This document shows positions 9,787-20,505 of a stretch of 64,000 bases of DNA, piece by piece; the first letter of the stretch is position 1, and every line of letters begins with the position of its first letter. The position numbers and the translations under genes are program-made. The DNA is from Vicinamibacterales bacterium. GTDB taxonomy: Bacteria > Acidobacteriota > Vicinamibacteria > Vicinamibacterales > JAMQPK01. The DNA lies in contig JAMQPK010000220.1 of the NCBI GenBank assembly GCA_023717525.1, positions 8,604 through 72,603 on the forward strand. The letters run 5' to 3'. The notes below the pieces were generated by a model. It did not search any database. It was given only the letters and a program-made list of their open reading frames with translations, and was not told the DNA's origin.

Positions 9787-10233
9787 ATGCCTGTCCGTCG
9801 ACTCACTCGTCTCGGACCACAGGGTAAAATTGCCGGAGTTTGTGCGGGGCTTGCCGACTACTTCGAGACCGACGTCGTGCTTGTCCGCGCCGCGTGGCTG
9901 GTCTTGTCCATCGTGCCAGGCGCTGTCATTGGCGGTGTGCTCGCGTATGTGGCCGCATGGCTGGTGATGCCGGAGGCGACGGCGCTTCCGGCGGCCCCGC
10001 TCGGCCGGCGACTCACCCGGTCGGCGACCGACCAGAAGATCGCGGGCGTTTGTGGCGGCCTGGCCGAGTACTTTGGCATCGACGCCACGGCCGTCCGCCT
10101 CGTGTGGGCCATCCTGTCGATCCTCTTTGGGGCGGTCATTGGCGGTGTGATTGCTTACGCCGTTGCGTGGCTCATCATCCCAAGGCCGTCGGTTCAGGCG
10201 CTGCCGACTGCGGCTTCCGCATCTACTGTGTAG
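9787..10233 (+). CDS. Tandem PspC-domain membrane protein
   Basis: Two copies of RRLTR....KIAGVC.GLA.YF..D...VR..W, each followed by a TM segment ending Y..AWL..P. Confidence 0.88.
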   Translation: MPVRRLTRLGPQGKIAGVCAGLADYFETDVVLVRAAWLVLSIVPGAVIGGVLAYVAAWLVMPEATALPAAPLGRRLTRSATDQKIAGVCGGLAEYFGIDATAVRLVWAILSILFGAVIGGVIAYAVAWLIIPRPSVQALPTAASASTV

Positions 10234-11722
10234 TCGCCTGGCGGGCGTCGAAGATGAGTGCGGACGCGCGGTCGCTGTAGTAGCGGGCGAACAGAATTTC
10301 CGTCGCATGAAGCGTGCGCGTTCGCGCCTGCGCCTCGTCTGGATAGCCCTCGAGCAGTGAGATTGACGGATCGAGCGCGGGGGGATGCGCGAGGATCACG
10401 AAGCGAAAGCCGGGACGGGACTTGTTCGCTTCGACGAACCTGGCGACGCGCGTTAGCAGCCGGGAGGCGGGTTCGTTGACCCGGCCTATCTGACTCGCCG
10501 TTGTCCGGCTCCCCGCCGCGTGCACCGCGATCGCGCCTGCCAGCGCCGTCCCTGCCACCCACCGCGTCGTGTTCGACAGCGCCTTCAGGTCGACGAGTGC
10601 ATATGCTGCGATAGTCAGGAGGAGGGCCGGAAAGTACAAGTAGTAGCTCGCCCCCTTCATTTCCCCCAGCGGCCGCCCCAGCGCGATCACCGCCGCGTAG
10701 CTTCCCATCGAGACGGTGACCAGTACGAGAAGCGGCCATGTGCGCCGAATCTGCGCGCGTGTCACCGACATCGCAACGCCCACCAGCAGAATGCCTAGAA
10801 GCATCGCATCCAGCGCCACGGCCAGTGGAGGAGCGGCCCCAACGTCGAACGTTTTGCCGATGCGGTTGAATGCCGTTGTCGAGAATGTGACGGCCGAGGG
10901 CAGCGCAAGATTCGACATCCACGCCCACAATCCCAGGGCTGATGTCGTCGCCATCCCAAGGAAATTGCCCGGCTGATGTACTCCACCCTCATGCACGTAC
11001 TGAAACCTTGAAACGACGGATGCATGGGGTATGTAGAGGATGACAAAGAGCCACACGGGAGTTGTCAGCCGCGCGAGCCGCGCGAGTGTCGGTTGCGCGC
11101 CGCGCCGCCGTTCGACCAGGAAAATCAGCCCGGCCGCAGTCAGCGCGATTGGCACCAGTACTTCGTAGAAAAGTCCGCCGGCCGTCATCGCGCAGACAAA
11201 GAGGCCGGTCGCACGTCCGCGTTGACGCGATTGCACCTCGAGCGTCAGTTCGACGAACGCCAGAAGTCCGATCAGCAGGCAGACACATGCAAGGATGTAC
11301 CCGCCGAGGTGGTTCCAGAGAACCAGTTCCAGCGGAGGCTTCAGGACGACGAACAGCAGCGCAGCGCCGAAAGCCGCGCCGGACGGCCGCACCGCCATGA
11401 GGAGTCGATAGAGGAAGAAGCCGGCCGCGGCGTGTGCCGCCAGGTTCGCGGTATTCCACCACACGTGGTGATAGGAAAAGGCCGTGTTCTCGGCCGCCAG
11501 CCACAAGAAAAGGAGTGGACGAAACAGCGCCTCGTCGCCCTTCCAGTACCGGCGCGAGGCCGCATAGTCGTAGAATTGCGCGCCTCGCGTGAACGACGTG
11601 TCTCCCTGCAGCTCGGCAAAATACCAGAGCTGATCGCCAGCGAAGACACGATTGAGTGCCGGGTGGAACACCACCCATACAGTGAGGCTTATCAGGAAGA
11701 TCGCCGTGCCAGTGCGCTTCAT
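10223..11722 (-). CDS. Multi-pass membrane protein, GT-C (PMT/ArnT-like) glycosyltransferase candidate
   Basis: First loop [15 protein letters not shown]...[10 protein letters not shown] pattern; FYE motif; roughly 10-12 hydrophobic segments. Confidence 0.6.
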   Translation of the reverse strand: MKRTGTAIFLISLTVWVVFHPALNRVFAGDQLWYFAELQGDTSFTRGAQFYDYAASRRYWKGDEALFRPLLFLWLAAENTAFSYHHVWWNTANLAAHAAAGFFLYRLLMAVRPSGAAFGAALLFVVLKPPLELVLWNHLGGYILACVCLLIGLLAFVELTLEVQSRQRGRATGLFVCAMTAGGLFYEVLVPIALTAAGLIFLVERRRGAQPTLARLARLTTPVWLFVILYIPHASVVSRFQYVHEGGVHQPGNFLGMATTSALGLWAWMSNLALPSAVTFSTTAFNRIGKTFDVGAAPPLAVALDAMLLGILLVGVAMSVTRAQIRRTWPLLVLVTVSMGSYAAVIALGRPLGEMKGASYYLYFPALLLTIAAYALVDLKALSNTTRWVAGTALAGAIAVHAAGSRTTASQIGRVNEPASRLLTRVARFVEANKSRPGFRFVILAHPPALDPSISLLEGYPDEAQARTRTLHATEILFARYYSDRASALIFDARQATTQ

Positions 11723-14100
11723 ATCGTCGCAGCGAACATGGCTGTGGCGACTATCCAGAAGACGGCGTTCACGAACGTAATGAACGCAACGGTCGAAAAC
11801 AGCGGAGATCCAAAGCGCATGCGGACAACATTCTCCCCCGAAGCGAGAGACACGGCTTTGTACGCAAGACTAGCTCGGTAGAGAGTCGTCGATCGTCCAT
11901 TCACCGTGACGTGCCAGCCGGGATGCCAGACATCAGCGTACGCCATCCACGCGGGAGCGGGGCTCGTGACGGTCACCTGAATCGAGTTGGCGTCGAAGGC
12001 ATCGACTCGGTAGCTCAGCGGCAGCGTGTCATCTTCCGACAACGGCCGCTGGTTGCTCCATGCGACGGGACGCCTGGCGCCGTTCGATTCATCGTTCGAC
12101 GAACCGTCAATCACCAGCAGAAGGTTGCCGGCATACGATGGGTCGGCGAGCACGGCGGCGGTCTGGTTGAGCGAGCCGACGGCATAGGCATCGGCGAAAA
12201 AGCGAATCTTGTCTTCCGTAATGCCGGCGATTCTGCCCGACGCCGAATGATTCAGCGGAAACACGAGCGATGTCTGGTCGATGCCTGCCGGCAAGGTCGA
12301 ACGGTCGTCGATGGGGAGGTGCCAGTAGGTGCGCAGGAGCTGATCGAAGGGCGCCAGCCACGAGTCGACCCTGAATGTCGAGCCCGGCTCGTCGGCGAAG
12401 AGGAACATGCTGTTCGTCCAGTACTGAGCACCTCTCGAAACACGCCCTTGCAGCTGCTGGCGCATCATCGGGCTGAAGGCGAGCACGGCGTTCAGTCGCG
12501 GATTGCTGCCGTCGAGCGTGGCGTTCTGGAGATCGCGATCCCGTCGCCTCGCGTACGGCATTGGAGCCGTCCGCACCACGGCACTGAGCTCGGCAGGGAC
12601 GCGGTCGGTGCGCTCGATCAGCTGAGTGATCTTGAAATAGTAGACGTCTGCAGCGACGAAGACGAGGGCGACGCACAGCCCCGCGCGCCGCTTCCGCATA
12701 AACGGGAGTAGCCCGAGGAGCACGGCGCCCGCTGCAGCGAGGATTGCGGCCGACTGCAGGCGACGGGCAACAAGGTTTGCGTTGTACGTATGGATTGGTC
12801 GATCGACTCCGGGATCCGACAGGGCGTCAACATACGGACCGATGGCTGTGTGGTTACGCGAGAGACCATACGCGAAGACTGAGACTCCCGCGAGCAGAGC
12901 CGCGGCAAGAAGGCCAGCCGCGACACGCTGACGCGAGGCGCGACCGCCTGCGTCGGCCCTCCAATCACATAACCATTGGAACCCGATACCTCCCACAAAA
13001 CAGAGCATGACCTTCACGAGGGATGAAACGAGCCCGATGTGCCGGAAGTGATTCATTCCCGGCCATACATAGAACGCCATCGTTGACACCAACGTACCGA
13101 GCGTGAACAGCAGCATGACCACCGCCACGACGACAAAGTGCATTTGTCGGCGTTCTGCGACGATCGCGCCCAGCAGCGCGAGGGGGAGGAGCAGGATACC
13201 GGCGTAGAGCGTCAGATCGAGCCAGGGAGAGATATTGAGGGCCAGGTCGGTCCATTTTCGAAGATCGGTGAGCCCCCCATAGCTCAGAAAGACGCTCAAG
13301 TCGGTCGATCCATCCGCGTGCCGGAACGGGCTGTAGGCGACAAGATCGCGGGTGCCGATCGTGAAGGACGCGTACACAATCGCAAAGGACAGCCCTCCGC
13401 CGCCCACAGCCGCAAGGGCTCGCCAGTTCCACGCGAGCCCGCGCAGTTGCCGCCAGACAAGTGAAGGGCTCGAGAGTGCGTAGGCCCCGAAGTACGCGGC
13501 GACGGCAAGGGATTGAACGGGGATCAGGTAGGGCAGGTTTCCCATCATCTGCGCTGCCAGCAGATTGGCAGCGAGGAAGAACGACGACCATCGCGCACGC
13601 TCGAGGAACCGGTGGCCCAGCTCGATGACGAGAGGCAGCGCGAAGAACAGTTTGAAGTTCCAATATGGCTGGTCGAGGTAGACAGCGGATCCGACGACGG
13701 TCATCGAGATGAAGAATACGGCGGGGAGACGGAAGAACCTCGTGGCCAGAAGCCAGGTGCCGACCAGAAGAACCATCTCGTCCACCAGCATGTTCAGGTG
13801 GTAGACGGCGACGAGATTCACGCTGCTGGGCACAACGCGTGTGTGAATGAGAGCGCTCTGGAGAAAGCTGCTCTGGATCCCGTACCAGAGGGTCGCCACC
13901 GATCCATGCGTCAGGTAGGGCACCCACTGCGCGACTTCACGCGATTGGAGGGCGTTGTTCAGAAAGTAGTACTGAAGCGTGAAGTACTGAAAACCATCAT
14001 GAGCGACGGGCAGGCGGCGCTGCAGAAGTGCGATCCCGGTGTGCACGAGCTCTGCGGCCACGATCGCGGAAAACAGCAGCCGTGCCGGTCTTATCGCCAA
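11719..14100 (-). CDS. YfhO-family membrane glycosyltransferase (GT-C)
   Basis: HDG..Y N-terminal loop, QWVPYLTHG, many TMs, and C-terminal DVWHPGWHVTVNG..LYRASLAYKAVSL..GENVVRMRF. A TTG start overlapping the upstream GT2 stop is assumed; the start is uncertain. Confidence 0.75.
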   Translation of the reverse strand: MAIRPARLLFSAIVAAELVHTGIALLQRRLPVAHDGFQYFTLQYYFLNNALQSREVAQWVPYLTHGSVATLWYGIQSSFLQSALIHTRVVPSSVNLVAVYHLNMLVDEMVLLVGTWLLATRFFRLPAVFFISMTVVGSAVYLDQPYWNFKLFFALPLVIELGHRFLERARWSSFFLAANLLAAQMMGNLPYLIPVQSLAVAAYFGAYALSSPSLVWRQLRGLAWNWRALAAVGGGGLSFAIVYASFTIGTRDLVAYSPFRHADGSTDLSVFLSYGGLTDLRKWTDLALNISPWLDLTLYAGILLLPLALLGAIVAERRQMHFVVVAVVMLLFTLGTLVSTMAFYVWPGMNHFRHIGLVSSLVKVMLCFVGGIGFQWLCDWRADAGGRASRQRVAAGLLAAALLAGVSVFAYGLSRNHTAIGPYVDALSDPGVDRPIHTYNANLVARRLQSAAILAAAGAVLLGLLPFMRKRRAGLCVALVFVAADVYYFKITQLIERTDRVPAELSAVVRTAPMPYARRRDRDLQNATLDGSNPRLNAVLAFSPMMRQQLQGRVSRGAQYWTNSMFLFADEPGSTFRVDSWLAPFDQLLRTYWHLPIDDRSTLPAGIDQTSLVFPLNHSASGRIAGITEDKIRFFADAYAVGSLNQTAAVLADPSYAGNLLLVIDGSSNDESNGARRPVAWSNQRPLSEDDTLPLSYRVDAFDANSIQVTVTSPAPAWMAYADVWHPGWHVTVNGRSTTLYRASLAYKAVSLASGENVVRMRFGSPLFSTVAFITFVNAVFWIVATAMFAATI

Positions 14101-14810
14101 TAGTACATTTCGCGGAACACCTGCAGCAGGTACGCGGCACCCCAACGGAACATCTGCAGTTTGCGCGTGCCGCCCATCCGGGCAGGCTCGGACACCGGGA
14201 TCTCGGAAACGTTGAGACGCTTTTTCGCACACCGGATCGAAAGCAGCGGTTCGATGCCGATGACGGTGCCGCAAATGGTTTCCGGCGCGTAGCTGCTTTC
14301 CTTGTCAAGATCGAGCTGACCGAAGAGCGACGTCCTGTAGGCTCGATAGATTCCCATCGCATCGGTGTAGCGCCCGCCATGGCACAGGTTAATCAGCGTT
14401 GTGAACATCCAGTTGCCGAAGCCCGTCAGCAGGTCGTCGTCTTCGCTCCTGGCGGGAGGGAGATAGCGCGACGCGATGACCATATCCCTGCCACTGGCGA
14501 CAGCTCCGACGAGATCGTGAAGGGCCTCAGCAGGGCAGTTCCCATCGGGGCTGAAGGTCACCACGAACTCTCCACGAATTTTCGGCCAGGCTTCGATGTA
14601 CGCGTGGCGAATGCCTTTGCGGTGCTGCACGTAGGTTTCCACGCCTTGTGTCCGTGCGAACTCGACGCTGCCGTCGCGCGAGCCACCGTCGACGAGCAAG
14701 ATCTGGTCGAAGCCCTTCGAACACAGATCGGGCAGCATCGCGCGAAGCCCATCGATTTCGTTCAGGACCGGCAGGAACAACGTGACAGACGGTATCAAGC
14801 TGCGGAGCAT
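14091..14810 (-). CDS. GT2 polyprenyl-phosphate glycosyltransferase (DPM1/GtrB-like)
   Basis: LPVLNE, VDGGSRDGS, FSPDGN (DxD variant), MVIASRY, YTDAMGIYRAY, EIPVSEPARMGG..KL. Confidence 0.85.
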   Translation of the reverse strand: MLRSLIPSVTLFLPVLNEIDGLRAMLPDLCSKGFDQILLVDGGSRDGSVEFARTQGVETYVQHRKGIRHAYIEAWPKIRGEFVVTFSPDGNCPAEALHDLVGAVASGRDMVIASRYLPPARSEDDDLLTGFGNWMFTTLINLCHGGRYTDAMGIYRAYRTSLFGQLDLDKESSYAPETICGTVIGIEPLLSIRCAKKRLNVSEIPVSEPARMGGTRKLQMFRWGAAYLLQVFREMYYWR

Positions 14811-14965
14811 ACGGCATCGATGGCGCCGTAAATGAGAAAAGACTGTGAAACCCAATCACCTTTCGACTGGTTGCAAAAAGTCGGGCTTCCGGTTACCGTT
14901 GGCATCGGGTCCGAAAGTGCCCAAAAGTGGCCAGATTATGGAGAAGTTCTCCCAGGGAGCAGCGT

Positions 14966-15604
14966 ATGAAGATCGTGAACACTCCGTGGATCGTCTTGGG
15001 CGCACTAGTGGCGGCAATCACGCTTGCGGTGGGGTTGCCCGCGCAGGCGCAGTCGACTGCGCCGAGCGCGACCGACAAGCTGACGATTTCCGGCTGGGCG
15101 CTGAACATGAGCAACACTGCAACAGGCGCCAATCAGACGATTCGGATTAACATCGACGGCTGGTCGAATCCGACGCAGCGCCAGCACTTGATCGATACCT
15201 TCCTCGAGAAGAAACAGGATGGGCTGCTTCGCGAGCTCGAGAAGCAGCCTGAGGTTGGACGGTTCAACTTCCCCGGGTACATGGGCCCAGATCCAGACAA
15301 CATCATGCGGCTTGGTACGGACATCCGCTATGCCATGAATTTTCCTGGCCAGGATGGCGGCCGCCGCATTGTGATCATTACTCCCCGCGTGATCGGCTTT
15401 CGCGAGACGGTCAATCAGCCACGCCGATCCGACTATCCCTTCACGCTGTTCGAAATGCGGTTCGACAAGGCCGGCAAGGGTGAGGGCAAGATGGCTTACA
15501 TGACGCAAATCCTGTTCAACAAGAAGACGAACTCGATCGAGCTCGAGAACTACTCGAGTGAGCCGGTCCGGCTGAACAATCTAGTTTTGGAAGTGAAGAA
15601 GTAG
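14966..15604 (+). CDS. Secreted hypothetical protein
   Basis: GGAG RBS, signal peptide ending AQA, typical codon usage, abuts the next gene. Confidence 0.7.
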   Translation: MKIVNTPWIVLGALVAAITLAVGLPAQAQSTAPSATDKLTISGWALNMSNTATGANQTIRINIDGWSNPTQRQHLIDTFLEKKQDGLLRELEKQPEVGRFNFPGYMGPDPDNIMRLGTDIRYAMNFPGQDGGRRIVIITPRVIGFRETVNQPRRSDYPFTLFEMRFDKAGKGEGKMAYMTQILFNKKTNSIELENYSSEPVRLNNLVLEVKK

Positions 15605-16189
15605 ATGACCATCCAACCCAGCCGTGGCCTCATCGTCCTTGCGATCGCCGCCGGCGTCATCGCCGCCGTTCAGTCCGGCACCGCGGCCGTCAAGACGCGC
15701 GCCGATTTCGACAAGGCCTTCGACTTCCGGCAGATGCACACCTACGGATGGTCCGAGAAACCCGGATACGTCATGGTCGCGCGCACGCCACAGGACGACC
15801 CCGAGGCCATCCAGAAGGTGGCCGAGCCGTACATTCTGGACGCGGTGAAAGCGGAATTACCGGGACGAGGTCTCACAGCGGCAACGGCGGCACCAGATTT
15901 GACGGTCACCTACTATCTGTTGCTGACCATTGGTGATTCTTCGCAGACGATGGGCCAGTTCCTTCCTCCTGTCGCTCAATGGGGCATACCGCCGTTCGCG
16001 CCTTCCACCACCTGGATAAAGGTGATCCCGATGGGCTCACTTGTGCTCGACTTGATCTCAAAAGGGCAGGTGGTCTGGAGAGGCGTCGGTGAAGCCGAGA
16101 TCAAAGCGGATCTGAACCTGGACAAGCGCGCAGCGCTTGTCCGGGAAGCCGTGCGAGAAATTCTGAAGCGCTATCCGCCCAAGAAATAG
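15605..16189 (+). CDS. DUF4136-domain exported protein
   Basis: DFDKAFDFRQMHTYGW, GSLVLDLI..GQVVWRG, REAVREILKRYPP. Confidence 0.8.
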   Translation: MTIQPSRGLIVLAIAAGVIAAVQSGTAAVKTRADFDKAFDFRQMHTYGWSEKPGYVMVARTPQDDPEAIQKVAEPYILDAVKAELPGRGLTAATAAPDLTVTYYLLLTIGDSSQTMGQFLPPVAQWGIPPFAPSTTWIKVIPMGSLVLDLISKGQVVWRGVGEAEIKADLNLDKRAALVREAVREILKRYPPKK

Positions 16190-16960
16190 CTAGTGTGCGG
16201 TGAGCTTGCGCTGGAGGTCGATCATCGCCTGCTGACTGACCCTGGTGAATCCCGCGGTTGGGCGGTCGAGATCGACAATCGTAAACAACACCACTGAAAA
16301 CGAAACGGCCAGGGCCAGCTCGATGTTGAACTGGCGCGTGCCGCTCAACCCGATCTGGGCGCCCATCATCAGCATCCCGATCATCAGCAGCGTGTAGAGC
16401 GCGACCCAGATGGCAGGGGGGACCCGGTAACGGAGACCGACTGTCACCCGTCTCACGCTCACGTCGATCACGTCGTTCACCGACTGAATGAAGAGCCCGA
16501 TCGTAAACGAGCCAGGATCCCGCTGCCCGGCCTCCTGCGCCAGGGCCCATATCTGTTCGTGTATCGTCTCGGAAGTGTGAAGCGCGTCAGCGATGTCAAT
16601 CTCGCCGCTGACGGCCTTCAGGCGGAGGATGGTGTAGTCGCGAAGCAGGTCGCGCGAACGAGAACGGGACGGTTCGGTCAGGAAGCCGGCGCGAAGCCAG
16701 GCGACGTCGATGGCGTTTGCCTCCTCAACGACGAGGTTCTTTCTGGTTTCGTGGCGGGCCGCGGCGTTGCTGAACGTGAACGCCAGCATGAACGCGAGCA
16801 ACCCCATGGTTGCGCCCACCATCGCGCTGGATACTTCGAGCTTGCCGTGTCCCCTGAGAAGCCGTCGCTTTCCGACGCGGATGCCGATCTCGAGGGCGAC
16901 CAGGACCAGACCGAGCGTTGCCAGAAATGCAATCCAGAGTGGAATACTGTCGATGGACAT
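16190..16960 (-). CDS. Membrane protein, DUF4239/bestrophin-like
   Basis: GLLAFMLAFTFS.AAAR.E.R...VVEEANAI and IVDLDRP..GFTRVSQ motifs; start moved to MSIDS. Confidence 0.75.
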   Translation of the reverse strand: MSIDSIPLWIAFLATLGLVLVALEIGIRVGKRRLLRGHGKLEVSSAMVGATMGLLAFMLAFTFSNAAARHETRKNLVVEEANAIDVAWLRAGFLTEPSRSRSRDLLRDYTILRLKAVSGEIDIADALHTSETIHEQIWALAQEAGQRDPGSFTIGLFIQSVNDVIDVSVRRVTVGLRYRVPPAIWVALYTLLMIGMLMMGAQIGLSGTRQFNIELALAVSFSVVLFTIVDLDRPTAGFTRVSQQAMIDLQRKLTAH

Positions 16961-17000
16961 GGTGAGGCGGATTATGATGTATGCAGAAGGCAGCGTCGAC

Positions 17001-17624
17001 ATGAAACCCACACTCTGTTTTGCTCTGGCCGCACTCGTCGCCTCGGCGACCGTCATCGCCGCACCCAAGTTCACATCCGTCTGGAAAACCCCGACCGCGT
17101 ACGAAGTCAGCCTTCTCGGCAAGAAGGTTGCGGCGCTGATCATCACCCAGGACGATTCGCTGCGCGTGGCGGGCGAAGAGGCGCTGGCGCAGGAGCTGAC
17201 AAAGCGAGGGCTTCAAGGCGTGGCCACCTATCGCTTCGTCCCGAAGGAAGAGACCACCGTCGCCGAGAGAGCGAAGGGGTGGTTCGAGCGGGCAGGAGTG
17301 GAAGGTGTGCTGGCAATGCGGCCCGTCAGCATGGAGAAGACGACCGCGTACACGCCCGGCACTTGGGTGAGCCCTTCCTATGGGACGCTGTGGGGCTACT
17401 ACGGCTATGGATGGGGCACGATGTACATCCCCGGATCGTCGAGCAAGGAGACCACCGTGGTGGTCGAGACGACGATCTACAGCGTTCCGCGTAATTCGCT
17501 GCTATGGGCTGCTGTCAGCGAGACCAAGGACCCGAAGACGCTGGCCAAGTTCATTCAGGATCTGGTCGGTGCCTCCGTGAAGGAACTCCAACGGCAGGGG
17601 CTTGCCCGCCAGATCAAGAAGTAG
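17001..17624 (+). CDS. Exported DUF4136-like protein
   Basis: Signal peptide, Tyr/Gly-rich loop (WGYYGYGW), VETTIYS....LLWAAVSET. Confidence 0.7.
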   Translation: MKPTLCFALAALVASATVIAAPKFTSVWKTPTAYEVSLLGKKVAALIITQDDSLRVAGEEALAQELTKRGLQGVATYRFVPKEETTVAERAKGWFERAGVEGVLAMRPVSMEKTTAYTPGTWVSPSYGTLWGYYGYGWGTMYIPGSSSKETTVVVETTIYSVPRNSLLWAAVSETKDPKTLAKFIQDLVGASVKELQRQGLARQIKK

Positions 17625-17639
17625 ATATAGTCTTCGATC

Positions 17640-18158
17640 ATGAAGATCATCGGGTTCATCCTCGTTTCCCTCACACTGTCTTCGCTCGCCTTTGCCCAGC
17701 AAGGCGCCGCAGTCGGCAAGGTGGAGACCAAGTCTGACGCCAAGGCGAATTTTGCCGCGTTCCACACCTACAGCTGGACGCCCGGGTTGCATGCCGATAC
17801 CCCAGAGGTGCACAAGATGATTGTTGCGGCCTGCGAAGCTGAAATGACCAAACTGGGATTCAAGAGTGTGACGACCGGCGCCGACACGACTCTGGCCTAT
17901 TACACGGTGAGAAGTACAGAGGTGGATCTGAAGGCATTGGACAAGCTCGACAAGCAGGGGCTCAGCGGCGACGCCGCGACGAAGACGCTTGGACGGCTAG
18001 TCGTCGTGATGCGCACCGGTGCCACATCCCCTCAGCAAGTGTGGTCGGCCAGCACGCGGGAGTTCGTCGACCAGGATCCGGCGAAGATGAATGAGATCGT
18101 CCGGTCCGTGGCCGCGCGACTGTTCGAAACCTATCCGGGACGGAAGGCTGCGCGCTAG
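17640..18158 (+). CDS. DUF4136-domain exported protein
   Basis: Signal peptide, ANFAAFHTYSW, GRLVVVM...VWSA, RLFETYP. Confidence 0.75.
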   Translation: MKIIGFILVSLTLSSLAFAQQGAAVGKVETKSDAKANFAAFHTYSWTPGLHADTPEVHKMIVAACEAEMTKLGFKSVTTGADTTLAYYTVRSTEVDLKALDKLDKQGLSGDAATKTLGRLVVVMRTGATSPQQVWSASTREFVDQDPAKMNEIVRSVAARLFETYPGRKAAR

Positions 18159-18925
18159 AAGCGGAAGCGGACGCCCACGATGAACGGTATCGTCCACCGC
18201 GAGCTCTTGTCGTTGATGGTTTCCAGGCCTGTGCCTGCGAGGCCATCGACCTCGGACATGCCACCGACGCGGCGAAGGCCGATCTGGCCAAATGCTTCCA
18301 TCCGCTTTCCCGTCTTGACGAGCAGCCCCACGTTTCCGCCGAATGTGAAAGCAGCGGTCCGATCGTAGAAGTCGGTGGCATTGCCTGATAAATTGGCAGC
18401 CGGTGCCACAAGGACGACGTCGGTCTCGTCGACGAACGCTATGCCCAAGCTGCCTTCGACGTACGAGCGCACGTTCGGCGTCACGACCCTGTAGCGTCGC
18501 AGCCCGACATCAAGTCCGAAACTCTGGTAGTCGGCGTATTGTCCGTAAAGCCTCGACGCGCCGATCTCGCCCATTGGCGTGAGATCGGCGTCAAGTGACT
18601 GAAATGTGAACGTGGCTACCGCCTCCAGCGTGTCGTTGAGCATGTAGCCGCCGCCAAACCTCAGGTTCAGACCTGTTCCGTAAACGTCCTCGTACTTGTT
18701 CTTCGTGATGACCACGGCCTGATTGTTGATGCGGCCGATTCCACTTGAATTGATGTTGCCGCTGATGCTGTTGTCCCACCCGATGCCGACCTCTGCGCTC
18801 CAGCGTCCGTCGGTCTCGGGCGTGGCTGGCGCGGGTGGCGTGGCGGGCTGCGCCTGTGCGGGCGAGCTTCCGCACAAGAACATGGCGATCATCATTGCAG
18901 CAGCGACGTGTTTCCAATTGATCAA
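18155..18925 (-). CDS. Outer-membrane beta-barrel protein
   Basis: AAGGAG RBS before the TTG; signal peptide; amphipathic beta strands; C-terminal ...VGVRFRF (terminal Phe). Confidence 0.8.
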   Translation of the reverse strand: MINWKHVAAAMMIAMFLCGSSPAQAQPATPPAPATPETDGRWSAEVGIGWDNSISGNINSSGIGRINNQAVVITKNKYEDVYGTGLNLRFGGGYMLNDTLEAVATFTFQSLDADLTPMGEIGASRLYGQYADYQSFGLDVGLRRYRVVTPNVRSYVEGSLGIAFVDETDVVLVAPAANLSGNATDFYDRTAAFTFGGNVGLLVKTGKRMEAFGQIGLRRVGGMSEVDGLAGTGLETINDKSSRWTIPFIVGVRFRF

Positions 18926-18936
18926 ATTGAGGCTCC

Positions 18937-20493
18937 TTATTTGAGTTCCGCTTTCGCCGCATTCCGGTTCTCCATCTGTTCGACCGCGAGCTTGTATGCG
19001 ACGTAGTACTTGTAGATGTTGCTGACGTAGGTGACGGTCTCGCGCCCGATCCGCTCTGAGGCTATGCGCTCGACGTTGCCGAACCAGAGGTTAGGATTGA
19101 GGCCCCGTTTCTCCGTCTCACGCCGGAGCTGCCTGATGCGCCCAGGCCCGGCGTTGTAAGACGCAAACGTCATCAAGCCCTTGTTGAGGTCATCCATCGG
19201 CTCATCTTTGAAATACTGGTCCATCATGAACCGCATGTACTTCACGCCGGCGTTGATGTTGGGTTCCACCTTGGTGATATCGCCGACGTTCAGCTCCTTG
19301 CCCGTTGCCGGCATGACCTGCATCATGCCGATCGCGCCAACGGGGCTCTTGGCGTTCTGGTCCAACGTGGACTCCTGATAACCCTGCGCCGCCATCAACA
19401 GGTAGTCGATCTTGTACTGGGCGCTGTACTTCTTGAACAGCGCAATCACGGCCTGGAATTTCTTGCGCTCGGCCTCCGACGTCGCGTTCTTTGCGTACTT
19501 GACGTTCTCGAGATATCGACGTTCGATGGTGTTCCGGAACGCGTCGCCTTCGCTGTGCTTCCGGACCCACGAATTGACGGCCTCGCGAAGCTTTGGGTTG
19601 TCCTTGCGCATCGCGACGGCGAGGCTCCCACCTGACCGCACGACCATCTCGCGATGCACGCTCAGGTTCTTGAATACCTGGCTCCAGAACTCGGCCAGAT
19701 AGTCGTCAACGACGGTCGCACTCACGAGGCCGGCGTTGACCATCTCGAGCAGATCCTCGTCTTCGAGAACTGCCGGCGCTTCTTTTAGAACCACTGCCGG
19801 CTTGCCACGCGCCTTCAGTTGCTCGTTCAGCTTGACGAGGCTCTCGTAGTAGACGCTTGCCTTACGGACAAACACCTCTTGTCCGGCGAGATCGTCCAGG
19901 CTGGACATCGACGGCGCCCCTGGTCCGGTAACGACCAGTTCGCTGACGTTCTTACGGGTGGGCTCCGAGAAAGCTACGAGCGCCTCTCGCTCGGGCGTCA
20001 CGGTTACCATCGCCGCGACCATGTCGACCTTGCCGCTCGTCAGGGCGGTATAAAGCATGTCGCGCGGCAAAGGTACGAACACGACGTGCACCTTCAGGTT
20101 GCCAGTTTTGGCCTTTGCGTTCAGCTCGTCCTCGAATAGCTTCCCCGACTCGTACGCCAACCCGCGCTGCTGCCCCTCGTCGATGAAGTAGTGTGTGCGA
20201 TTGAAGGTGACAGCGACGCGAATGAAGCGATGCTTCATCATCTCGTCGAGGTCGCCGGTGAGCGGCTTGTCCATCAGCGAGCGCATGTCTTCCGGCAGGG
20301 CGTCGTACGGTGACGTCGCCTCGGGAAGGGGTGCGTCGGCTGCCGCTGACGTGTTCGTGACCGGAGATGCGCCCGCCGCCGGAGGTGTGTCCGTCGCCGG
20401 CGTGGTGCTGTTCTGGCCGGAGCAAGCCATGGCCGTTGTGGCAGCAAGCAAGGCGATAGCGGTCCGAATCGCGTGAATTCTTGAAATTGACAT
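18937..20493 (-). CDS. mltF: MltF-like lytic transglycosylase (SBP family 3 + SLT domain), lipoprotein
   Basis: Lipobox AMAC; GDLDEM..RFIRV; SLT motifs YQES, GAIGMMQVMP, SYNAGPG, ETVTYV.NI. Confidence 0.85.
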   Translation of the reverse strand: MSISRIHAIRTAIALLAATTAMACSGQNSTTPATDTPPAAGASPVTNTSAAADAPLPEATSPYDALPEDMRSLMDKPLTGDLDEMMKHRFIRVAVTFNRTHYFIDEGQQRGLAYESGKLFEDELNAKAKTGNLKVHVVFVPLPRDMLYTALTSGKVDMVAAMVTVTPEREALVAFSEPTRKNVSELVVTGPGAPSMSSLDDLAGQEVFVRKASVYYESLVKLNEQLKARGKPAVVLKEAPAVLEDEDLLEMVNAGLVSATVVDDYLAEFWSQVFKNLSVHREMVVRSGGSLAVAMRKDNPKLREAVNSWVRKHSEGDAFRNTIERRYLENVKYAKNATSEAERKKFQAVIALFKKYSAQYKIDYLLMAAQGYQESTLDQNAKSPVGAIGMMQVMPATGKELNVGDITKVEPNINAGVKYMRFMMDQYFKDEPMDDLNKGLMTFASYNAGPGRIRQLRRETEKRGLNPNLWFGNVERIASERIGRETVTYVSNIYKYYVAYKLAVEQMENRNAAKAELK

Positions 20494-20505
20494 CAATTGA
20501 GGATT

